Made by a program: the position numbers and the translations under genes
The notes under the pieces: generated by a model
What the model was told of the DNA's origin: nothing
The model's database searches: none
What the model saw: only the letters and a program-made list of their open reading frames with translations
DNA from: Lingula anatina
Lineage: Eukaryota > Animalia > Brachiopoda
DNA length: 64,000 nt
Assembly (NCBI GenBank): GCA_051362555.1
Contig: CM120642.1
Coordinates: forward strand, 31,000,001 to 31,064,000
Direction: 5' to 3'
Shown: positions 13,101-23,602 of the stretch, piece by piece
Layout: every line of letters starts with the position of its first letter
Numbering within the stretch: position 1 is the stretch's first letter

Positions 13101-15184
13101 GGAAAATTGTCGACATAGGAAAAATATCAATAGAACAATTTTAAATGTCCAATTTGCTCCATTTGCAGATTCTGAACATAGTGAATGATTGGATCTGAGA
13201 AACTGCAATGATGAGTTCCTTTCCATTTTTGATACTTTATTACACAATGCATGATAACAGGTTTACCATCATTTTTATATAATCAACTAACAATATTGTT
13301 AAGAAGCAGAAAATATCAAAACAACACTTTTACATATCTAATTAGTTCCATATTGAGACTGTTAACATGCCTAAGAATTAAATCTGAAGAAAAAAAAACA
13401 CTTATATACAAAAAGGCTAATTACTTCATCAAAACTTAACTGATCAAGCTTATTTTCAAACTTGATCTGTATACTAGTCAAACTAATCACTGCTGTGAGT
13501 TGCAAGACAAAAGGCTGCTGGGTTTTCCTTAAAATGTGTTATCAGTGTTGCATATATGCTGAATAAGGAAAAAAACAGCATAACAGTTGTAAATATAGTC
13601 CAATCAAGCCAATTTTCAAACTTGAAATGCGTATTATGAATATTCATCAGTTTCAATCCAAAAAGAAAAACATTTTTACACTGATCCTGTTTTCCGTGTT
13701 ACAAAAATGCTGAAAATTTTGAAAAAAAAAAAAACCATCATAACTTCCCTAAAATTGGCCGGATCATGCTGAATTTCAAACTTGACCTGCGTATTATAAA
13801 TATTAATCAGTTTGTAAGTTTCAAGCCAAAAAGTAAAACGGTATTTTACTTATCGTGTTATCGGTGCTTCATAAATGCTGAAAAAAGTGAAACAAGACAG
13901 CACTGTTCTGAAATGGGTTTATTACCATTTTAAAGACTTTTTAAACATAAAACAAAATAAACAGTTTACTGCCATTTTTATATGACCAACTAAGAAAATT
14001 GATGAGATGGGAAAATATCAATAAGACAGTGTTATATGTCCAATTTCCTCCATTATGAGATTCTGAACATAGTGGATGATTGAATCTGACAAACTGCAAT
14101 GATATGTGTTTATTTCCATTTTTGACACTTTATTACACAATACATGATAACAGGTTTACTATCATTTTTACAAAATCAACTAACAATGTTGTAAAGATGC
14201 AGGAAATGCCAAACAAACACTTTTACGTATCTTATTAGTTAAATAATGAGACTGTTAACATGCATAAGAATTGAATGTGAGGAAATGTGAAAAAACAGCA
14301 TAACTTCTAAAATAATGGACCGATTATGCTGATTTTCCAACTCAACCTTCGTTTTAGTAAGATTGGCCACTCCTATGAGTATTATGACAATTGGCCTATC
14401 TGTTTTTCACTTATCGTGTTATCAGTGTTGCATATATGCTGAAAAAAGTGAAAAAAACAGCTTAACTTCCATAAAAGTGGTCCAATCATGCCGATTTTCA
14501 AACTCGACGTGTGTATTATGAATATTTATCAGTTCTGTAAGTTTCAAGCCAAAGGGTAAAACAGCTTTTCATTTATTGTGTTATCGGTGTTGCAAAAATG
14601 CTGAAAAAAAGTGAAAAAATAGCCTAAATTCAGTAAAAATGACCGAATCATGCTGATTTTCAAAGTTGACCTGCGTATTATGAATATTCATCAGTTCGGT
14701 AAGTTTCAAGCCAAAAGGTAAAATGGTTTTCCATTTATGGTGTTATCGGTGCTGTATATATGCTGAAAAAAGAGAAAAATAGCCTAAATTTACTAAAAAT
14801 GACCCAATCATGCTGATTTTCAAACTTGACCTGCGTATTATGAATATTCATCAGTTCGGTAAGTTTCAAGCCAAAATGTAAAATGGTTTTCCATTTATGG
14901 TGTTATCGGTGCTGTATATATGCTGAAAAAAGAGAAAAAATAGCCTAAATTCACTAAAAATGACACAATCACGCTGATTTTCAAACTTGACCTGAGTATT
15001 ATAAATATTCATCAGTTCTGTAAGTTTCAAGCCAAAAGGTAAAACGGTTTTCCACTTATCGTGTTATCGGTAAAAGTGCACGGCGACGACGGCAACGACG
15101 GCGACGACGGCAACGACGGCGACGGCGACGACAGACGCAGATGACGGCTATATGTACAGACACATCTGTGTCTGTACATAAAAA
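10181..15184 (+). mobile_element. Non-autonomous Helentron/HINE (pearl-like) element with internal tandem repeats
   Basis: Starts AACAAG with ATGTACAGACA at 10203. Ends with a (GAC/GGC)-rich microsatellite (15081-15145), a perfect 14-bp-stem hairpin TATGTACAGACACA-TC-TGTGTCTGTACATA (15151-15180) and an A-tract. The interior is built of repeated modules. Family assignment is by architecture only. Confidence 0.6.
14290..15070 (+). repeat. Tandem array of ~161-bp satellite-like units (about 5 copies; related units at ~11365-11690 and ~13400-13890)
   Basis: Unit anchors at 14296, 14458, 14620, 14780 and 14941 (spacing 160-162). Shared core ATCATGCTGATTTTCAAACTTGACCTGCGTATTATGAATATT. Confidence 0.9.
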
Positions 15185-16098
15185 GATCAAGTGGACGCAC
15201 GTAGAAACGTGGAAACAGCTTTAAAACAACCTTTTCCTAGAGACTATCACTTAAACCCATAAGCAACTTTGGGAACCTGACTTTCGGGTTTTCGATAGTA
15301 ATAGTCGGAAACGTCCGTCACAGATTTCGAATATAAGCCTCGGAGCTGGAGGTATCATTTGGTTCTCATCCATTTACAATAGACTTAACTCAGCTGATAC
15401 CAAGTACACAACCACCGTAGAAGGTACCGGTCAGATTAATAACTAGTACCTATACCGGAATATGCCAAAAATTATTTTATTTAAATTATCCTCCGGTTGC
15501 ATTCATGAATGTGTGCTTATTATAATGCAAGATCACTAGTTTTCAACACCATTGTTATTTTAAACATCTTTATCTTATATAGAAGGATATTTTCGTCATA
15601 TTTACCATGTTTTGATGTAGATTGGACTGCTGTATTCCCCTCAAAAATGACTTACATGTAGTTGATGAAGTAGAAAATTTGTAGAAGGGAACGTGTTGAC
15701 TATTTTTACATATACGTTGTTCCTGCTTTTTAAAATAAAAAGAACAAAAAAGCGGTGAACAGCGAGCTCTTAAGTAAGCAAAAGAAGACAACCTCTAGTC
15801 ATCTAGCTGCAAAAGGCCTATCAAGTGCCGTCATTTTGGTTTAAATGTTTTTGTCATGAGTTATGAGAACCTGATGACAATGCATCATTTACTGATGGCT
15901 GTATTTTTTTAACAATAAAATCTGAACTAAGGCTTGAAAGAAAAATAACTGGCGGGGTTTTGTAGTGCACAATAGTGTCATCTAATTGGCGTTAAAACGG
16001 TGCTCATGGGTACTCAAGTAAAGGAGAAATTTAAACCGATTTTGCATTTTACCCCAAAATCGAAATCATGACATAATCGAAAAGATGTAAATGCTTAA

Positions 16099-16800
16099 GG
16101 CCCATTTCCAAAGGACGGCGTCCTTTCTCCGTCCCTTCTGCAATCAAAAATGTGGCCAGGACGCTCAACGGTCGCCAAAGCAATTAAATTGTGTCTCAGT
16201 GCAAAGGCACCTGCGTTCTTTGTGCGTCTTTTGAACGACCGAATCTTGATTTTACCTATAAAGCTGCAAGCGACCTGTACGTCCTCTGAGCGACCATCTT
16301 CGTTGCGCGATCTGTCTGCCTCCTGCTAGACCGATGAGCGTTGTTCGGGAGTCCTTCGATAAATTCTGACACTTTTATATTTTTTATCAGTTCTAACCCG
16401 GTCAGCCAATTTAAAACATCTCCAGGAAACGAAACATAATTAAGAAATAATTATTTTTCAAACTTTACTAATGCAAGTTGTGGATGGACTGATAACGATC
16501 ATTGTTTGTCCTTATAAGACGGATGGACAGGCGCTGAAGACGAGAAAGGCTGACTGACACCACATAGAACTTTTTAATCCGTTTTCAAAAGACACATTCT
16601 CCACAAACTGCGACAAGATCTGCATCTTGAAAAAAAGCAAAATGTTCGTTCTATAATTACCTCCAAAATGGATCGCTTCCAAAATGTTAGGAAAAAATAC
16701 CAACTGGAGGCTGGTATGAGACCACTAGTAGCTCTTACCCTAAGTTTATAAGATGCATACTTTGGTATGTTTTATTCGTCTGACATGCGGAACATTACTG
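16099..16800 (+). mobile_element. Possible PIF/Harbinger remnant
   Basis: TAA followed by a GGCCCATTTCCA terminus-like start. Decayed coding pieces KNTNWR and VALTL resemble the Harbinger transposase N-terminal region. Confidence 0.3.
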
Positions 16801-16864
16801 TCGGTGCACTACATATATGCTATAGAAAGGCCACTCACACTATTATTAATCATCAAACTGTAAG

Positions 16865-17105
16865 AGGCCATTTCAGGGAGTAAAGCCTCGGTTCAAAATT
16901 CCAGACAGTGCCAATAGTCCTGCTGGCATGACACGGAAAAGCTCGGATAGCATACTAGCAAGGTCAGTTGAACCTTGTGTCACAATCCTATAAATCAGGA
17001 CCACTTACCTTTTTGTCTGGCATACGGAATCTTACTTTCACTTCTAGAAAACTACAAATATCCCTTAGAAGGGCCAGACACACTCCCATTAATGACCAAT
17101 CTGCG
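16865..17105 (+). mobile_element. Rearranged fragment of the old Tc1 family seen at 7464-8600
   Basis: Shares AAGGGCCAGA.ACACT.CCATTAATGACCAA and the TCAGTTG.AC.TTGTGTCACAAT motif with 7950-8090 and 20590-20720. Confidence 0.65.
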
Positions 17106-18212
17106 ACAAAATAAATATAACCCGCTGCGTGTGAAAAGCTATTGAACTATGTTGCAATTCGCAGCGGGAGACCGTTTTGTAACAAAACGGGCGTTTCAAC
17201 CCAGTCGACTGAATGATCGGGTCATGTACCATATTCTGTAAGAGTATCGTTTACCGATCCCGTATTTATCCATTTTCTCTTTTTAGTTTACCAACTCTAA
17301 GGTTTAAAAGACATGTAGTAAAAGTTGTTGTTTTTTTCTAAATTTCATCCTTCGCTTGTATCCCTGTGTAATACAAAACATTAAACTTCTTTAATTCTTA
17401 CAAGCTATTAAAAGCTATTTAAAACGCAACAGTGTTTTTGAAGAGCAATGGATTTCATGTATTGAATATAATAACGCTTCTGGGTTAGCCTGGGGGCTGG
17501 AGGCGTTATTTTGGTATCATTTATTTACAGCAAACCTTATTCTACCAAGTACACAACCACTGTTAAGAGTCACCAAAATACATAGTTCTTGCACCGGAAT
17601 TTACCAAAGTAGTTTTTTAAGATCTTCATACATGTACATGTACTCTCCTTATAATGTAAACAACATACATATACTACCTAAAACATACTATAACTTTCTT
17701 AATGTATAATATGCACATACCTGTTAAGATGTCTGATCAATCAAGCAAGCAATCAGAGGGCGTTCAGCTAAGAAACAAAAAGTTACAGCTACTTTCTGTT
17801 TTGAGCAAAGAAATGTTTGGTTCAACGCTTAAAACGTGTAATGCGCAGGCGCTAATTCCATGGCAACTGTGGTTGACGTTATGCCAATGCTTTGTCTCGA
17901 GTTTCTTATAAACTTAACGACAAAACAAATAATCCAAGTCCAGTTGTTATTTATAAACAAGTGACTTTATTAATAACACTGTTCTTTCTTTTACAACATT
18001 CTTCTCAACGACATTTAGCCTTACTCACTAGCTAACATATACTTCATTACCTGAACACAAAACTTTAACTGTTAGATGACAAAATATACCCAAGACCAAA
18101 CATTATGTCACTTACGTAGCAAACTTAATATGAGAGACGAGTTGTACATTTTAATCAGTTGTAGAGATATTACTATAAAGAAGTAATAAGACAAATACCT
18201 ACCAAGATATTT

Positions 18213-18372
18213 CAGGCCTGTAGCCAGAAATTTCAAAAGGGGGTTCTTTTTCTGAAAAAGTGGACCTTTTACCATAAAAGTTTCATGTACCTTAATTTAA
18301 TTTCACCCAGAGGAGACCTTTTCCCTGCAAAAAGGGGGGTTCTTTCGAACCCCCCGAACCCCCCTGGCTACG
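18213..18372 (+). mobile_element. MITE, CAGGCCCGTAGCC family (right end clipped)
   Basis: Highly similar to 42942-43117 and absent from the paralogous block near 7300. Confidence 0.8.
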
Positions 18373-18407
18373 TTTTATAACTTTTGTCACGTCGTTGTTA
18401 CTAATGT

Positions 18408-20830
18408 ATACTGCTCAAAATAAGTGAAGAGACATTTGCCATTAGAAATGTAAAAGTTTCAACCAAGTCTACTGTAATTTTTAGCAATTCTAAGTCAAAG
18501 TCATCATTCTGTATTGATTTACATTTCTTCTTTTAGCTGTTTTGCAATAAAAATATTTTTTGTATCTGTTAAAAATAATAATTCTGATTATTATTTTTTT
18601 TTTTTTTTGGGGGGGGGGGGTGAAAATTATTTGGCCACCCAAATGCCCCGGGGAAATTGGGGCTGTGATTGATGCAGTCGACAGCATACTTGCAACACCA
18701 AGGTGAATAGCCATTGTGAGGATCGCACCGCAAGAATTTGCACTGATAAATCTTAATCATGCCCAAACGCCGTATTTTGCAATTGGAAGTAAGAGGGAGG
18801 TGCACTGTATACAACATTGGTCAAAAAGGTTGTCCCACCCCCAATTCCATGTGCTTTTCTTCACAAATGATCACCTCACAGGTGCAAATTGTTATAAACA
18901 GTGCTTTTTATTCCAGATACCATATCTAACATGATAAATGGTCTAGAAAATACAAAATAGGGGTGAAAATATTTACATTTTATACCAATTATTAACATTT
19001 ATAACATGTAAACCCCCCAAACCGACATTTCTCTGTGATTTCCACAAAGGTCAAGAAATGTCAATTAAATTGGAAAGACACTACCAAATGTCAACAAATT
19101 TACACAAAATTAGTATTAGGGTGTGCTCATTAAAGGTCACGTGTTTAATAGCGTTCGTGTATACCCCGTACTGCAATTATCTCCTATAGGCGGCGTAGCT
19201 TACTTTCACGAATGTAACAATTCTGTTTTGAGGAATATTGACCCTGTCTTCTTAAGAGCTTGGTGGAGTTGGTCCCGATTTCAAGGAAATTGGTGCTCCT
19301 CTTCATTGCGCACTCCCATTCATGACATGGGTGCTCATGTATATGAGGGCTTAAAGATGGTTGCTCCATCCTCAGAACATTGAGTTTCTGCGCTTAACCC
19401 ACCAGAAGAGAACTGCGAGCAAGTGCGTTTTCAAGATGAGGTCATTAGCACCCCTGAAGTCACCTTTTCCAAATGGAGTAACATATCTGTTGAGAATGTT
19501 ACAGGAAAATTCCCCAGTAACGTTCTGTTCCAGAAGGAACAATGTACGAATGCCATGGGCTTGTATTGCTCGCCAAACGTGGACTGATCTGACATCACAG
19601 GCGATATTACCCTGCACATACTCTTCCAAGAACTATTCTGCAACATGTCTACGGACCTTTATTTGACCATCGATGAGATACGAAATACCTTGGTTCTTCA
19701 GCAAAACCAGCTTTATTCCAGTGATGGTTGACCAGGTTCCGGTGCCTCTGGGATCACTGAGTGTAACATTCTTAGCTCATATCTCACTCCATCTGCAAGA
19801 GCTGACTTCAGGGTTAACTCCAGGCCTAATCATGACAGCACACTTACTTACAGTTCGCGTTTGACAAGTGATTTGTTGCAGAAACACAATGTTTTGAGGA
19901 AAGAACCACCAAATTGTAGTCCTTATATTAACCCTACTGAGCACCTGTGGTATGAATTGGTGTGTGAAATGCAGAATAGAACAAACCCCCTAAAAACCTG
20001 GATCATTTCCTACAAGCTCTTTAGGAAGACTGGAACAATACCCCACAAAACAGAATTGTTAACCTTGTTGATGGCTTGTCTTGCCGCCTACAGGAGATAA
20101 TTGCACTACGCAAGTACACTCGCGATTAGATACGTGACTTTTAACAAGCATGTTCTCATGCTAATTGTGTGAAAATTTGGAGAGATTTGGTGGCGTCTTT
20201 TTAATTTTATGGACATTTCTTTATTTTTAAGGAAATCACAGTGAAAGGTGGGTTTGAAGGGGGTATATGTTATAAATTTTAAAAAATAACATAAAATACG
20301 GATATTGTCAACAACCATTTATCTGAACCATTAATCATGCTATATATATGGTATCTGAAATAAAAATCACTGTTAATAACAATTTACACCTGTGAGGTGA
20401 TCGTTTGTAAACAAAAGCACCTAATACTGGAGGTGGGCCAACCTTTTTGACCAATGTATATATTATTACTGGTAAATGCAGGCTTTGGTATGCAAGTTAC
20501 TGTCACAATACTAGATATAAGTCCTTTGGTGACTCACAGGCTGAATCTGCGGTTGACGGTAACAGGGAGTAAGCCAACAGACCCAGGTCAGATCAACCTC
20601 GTGTCGCAACCCTAGTTCAGGATCATTTTCTTATTGTATGGCATACATAGCATTACCTTCACTGCCTGAATGACATATATCCCCCAGAAGGGCCTTCACA
20701 CTACCATTAATGACCAACCTGTAAGAAGCCGTGTAAGGGAGTGAATCATCGGTCCAAGATTTCGGGCAGTGCGGACAGTTTTATTGGCATGGCACAGGCT
20801 CTATTACTCGAAAGCAACGCAAATTGCGAC
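18408..20830 (+). mobile_element. Second copy of the old Tc1, split by a younger Tc1 insertion
   Basis: 18490-18800 and 20470-20790 align consecutively with 7555-8170. Confidence 0.7.
18812..20456 (+). mobile_element. Tc1-like element with long (~300 bp) imperfect TIRs, decayed transposase
   Basis: CATTGGTCAAAAAGGTTG..CCACC at the left end and its reverse complement at 20432-20456. Inverted similarity extends over ~18815-19115 vs ~20160-20456, with TATA flanks. Transposase remnant PPNCSPYINPTEHLWYEL. Confidence 0.85.
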
Positions 20831-21853
20831 CGCACGCACGCATAGCGATCGGTGGCAATTGCACCAACCTGCTTACAGCAAACGCAATGCAATATTTGCG
20901 TTTCCGGCAGTACAATTGTAGCCTAGAACTAAATTGGGTGGTCGCATAAAGTGAAGATATCACAGCCTAATTTCACATAATGTAATTTCATTGGACTATG
21001 ATGCTAATCAAGAGGTTATTTTGATTTGTAGGAACATCACAATTACAGATACTGATTTCTGAAGTGTTTAACATCAATAAAAAGTCAAAAATAATTTAAT
21101 AATTTTATTGGCTGGTACAATTACTGATACATTGATGAGTTGTGTACAGTCTCATTATAACACACACTGAGGAAGGTTACGGTTTGAACGTGTGCTATGT
21201 TTATGCTTTTCTTTCTTTCTTTCTTTCTTTCTTTCTTTATTTATTTTTTTTTTGTAGATACTGAAACGTTTATGAACTTATGATTATTATCAGTAGACTA
21301 GAGAAATTTTTCATCAGAAAACATTAAACAATAGGCCTTTGTGAAATGTTTAATTTTGACATTTTAATGCATGATAAAACAAGACTTTATAAAATGTTCA
21401 TCGGTATATCTTTTGGTCTTTGATATATTAATAATTCTATATACATGTACATAGCATTCTTCGCGTGAAAATGCACCGCATGTTTCTTAATCCATTTCAG
21501 TATCTTAAAGAAATTAATAGCATATAAAAGATGGTTGAGGATCACGAACTACTCTATAACTAATTTATTCACTTAAAATCAAAGTAATACAGAGAAAAAT
21601 GCAAAAAAAAAAAAAAAACATGTATCTAGTTAAAACAAGTTGGCATAATAAGCAGTATATTCACGCCACAACTCGAAATAATAAAATAACAGACAAAAAT
21701 TCAAATATTTTGATTCTGATAATCTCATGAAATGATTGTGTGAGAAGATAGTAAGGAAAATTTTGATTTTCTCTTTCAATGTTTTTATTATACTTCAGAT
21801 ATCTTTATGCTAAAAAAAGACGGCAACATAAGATAATCCGATGTGAACATTAT

Positions 21854-23173
21854 CTATGTCTCTTTTAAACTCAGTGTGGACCCAAACTTTGTTCGGGTTT
21901 CCTTAACCATGATTTGGATAGCTTCAACTATATCCCTTCTCCCGCTGGCGTCCAATGCTTTCAGCAGTTCCAGAGCATTTAAATATAATCCACTCGCGTT
22001 TCTCCATCCACTCAACGCGTCTAAAGCTTGCCGGTACGGATCGTCTTTATACTTGCGTTCGAGCTGTTTAATCCTAGGAATGACGTTGTTCCCACGGCCT
22101 ACGGCAAACATAAGCCTCGAGTACACTTTGCCCCAGTCTGCCCCCAACATGTCGGCAACAACGTCCATAATGGTAGTAGCCAGTGGTTCACCTAGGTCTT
22201 TCCATGTCGTCGTCACTTGGTTTTCCTTGAGTTCCACTAATTCTTTGCCGATTCTCTGGACTCGTTTGTCTTGGTACTTCTTAAGATGACTCATTTCTCT
22301 ATTCAACCGGTCCAGCTTGTGTTCCAGGTGCTTCACTTTGTCATCCAGGGCAATGTGCTCGCTTAGTTTGATCTCTAGGCCGGTTATCCGTTTACTCAGC
22401 GCTTCTATGCCTTCCTTAGTATCGGACTGAAGCTTGGCGTGAGCACTTTGTACGTTTTTATGGTCTTTGCCAATTTGTTCGAGTTCGGTTCCTAATTTGG
22501 TTACTCGGCCGTGTAAACCTTTGATCTCCGCAGCGGCCATTTCTTCTTCCGTAGGGACTTTTGTGAACTCCACGGATGGTGTGGTCAGCCGCATCTGCCG
22601 CATCACCATCTCTATAATATCCTTATTACCAGCATACTGTACAGCAACTTTGTTGTCCAAGTCCCGTATAGTTAGGTCCGGTGGGGGGCGTTCGTTTGTG
22701 GCTTTCAGGAGGAGCTTAACGACATTGATGTAGTCGTGCCTGCAGGCCAGATGCATCGGCGTCTCTCCGCGCTTATTTGTCAGATTTAAGTTTGTTTTTG
22801 CAGCGCTCTTTAATATATCAACCGTCTCAAAGCGACCGAGGAGACAACAAATGTGCAACGGCGCACTGCCGTCGTCGTTTTGAGCATTGGGAGAGCCTAA
22901 CCCTATAAGGCATTTGGCTACTTCTTTTTGTGGGCCTGTTTTCCTCAGGACGGCCAGGTGAAGGGCAGACTGCTTGTCCTTGTCACGGATATTCGGGTCA
23001 CAACCCTTCTTGAGCAATTCTTCTACGACGTTAAGGTAGCCATTCTGCACGGCATAGTGGATTGGAGCGTTGTCGTCTTCGTCTTTTGTGTTAAGATCGG
23101 CGCCGCGTCCGCAGAGCAAAGTCACAATATCATATTGTCCGTTCTTGCTGGCGTAATGGAGAGCAGTGGCGTG
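21854..23173 (-). pseudogene. 5'-truncated paralogue of the ankyrin-coiled coil-death domain gene (frame still open)
   Basis: About 97% amino-acid identical to residues HATALH..SLKET of 53877-55799. Homology stops abruptly at 23173. The upstream start is TTG in unrelated DNA; the first in-frame ATG is at 22756 (300 aa). 3' flank homology extends to ~21490. Confidence 0.75.
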
Positions 23174-23185
23174 CCCTTGTGTTAA

Positions 23186-23602
23186 CCCGTCTGCAAGTGG
23201 GCCTATAACCCCGACGGCACGCTGAAGTGCTGCAAAAAACAACGGAGTCCAGAATGCACGTGCACACCTCCCGTGGGAAGTGAAAACGACCTCCGCCAAG
23301 GAGCCCTCATCCCAAATTGCGAGCCACCAACCTGTAAGTGGCAGTACTACAGTGACGGTAGCCTGGCCTGCTGTGTGGCAAGAGCCAACTGTGCATGCTT
23401 CATCCCAAAGGGCATCAGAAACCCTTTCCCATTAGACACTGGCGTCCCTCTATGTCCTAAACCAACGTGTCCATGGAGCCTGAACTTTAACGGCAGCCCA
23501 CAGTGCTGTGAGGGTGATGAGTTCTGCAGATGTGAAGCTCCTGACGGTCATTATTTCCCTGCCGACGGCCCTTTTCCAATTTGCCCGAGCAAATACGTTT
23601 GA
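23186..23602 (+). CDS. 3' fragment of a Cys-rich protein with three ~45-aa six-Cys repeats (no start codon)
   Basis: PVCKWAYNPDGTLKCC..CTC..PNC / PTCKWQYYSDGSLACC..CAC..PLC / PTCPWSLNFNGSPQCC..CRC..PIC. Stop at 23602, AATAAA at 23685. An in-frame TAA at 23183-23185 precedes it. Confidence 0.65.
   Translation, partial: PVCKWAYNPDGTLKCCKKQRSPECTCTPPVGSENDLRQGALIPNCEPPTCKWQYYSDGSLACCVARANCACFIPKGIRNPFPLDTGVPLCPKPTCPWSLNFNGSPQCCEGDEFCRCEAPDGHYFPADGPFPICPSKYV

Noticed and set aside
14290-15070. Regular repeats that might be a CRISPR-like array
   Set aside because: Whole ~161-bp units are repeated with no unique spacers, there are no cas genes, and the DNA is eukaryotic; this is a satellite-like array.
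23174-23299. N-terminus MAEVVFTSHG.. of the 481-aa ORF as a real translation start
   Set aside because: The start is TTG and the segment is the antisense of the Cys-rich fragment.
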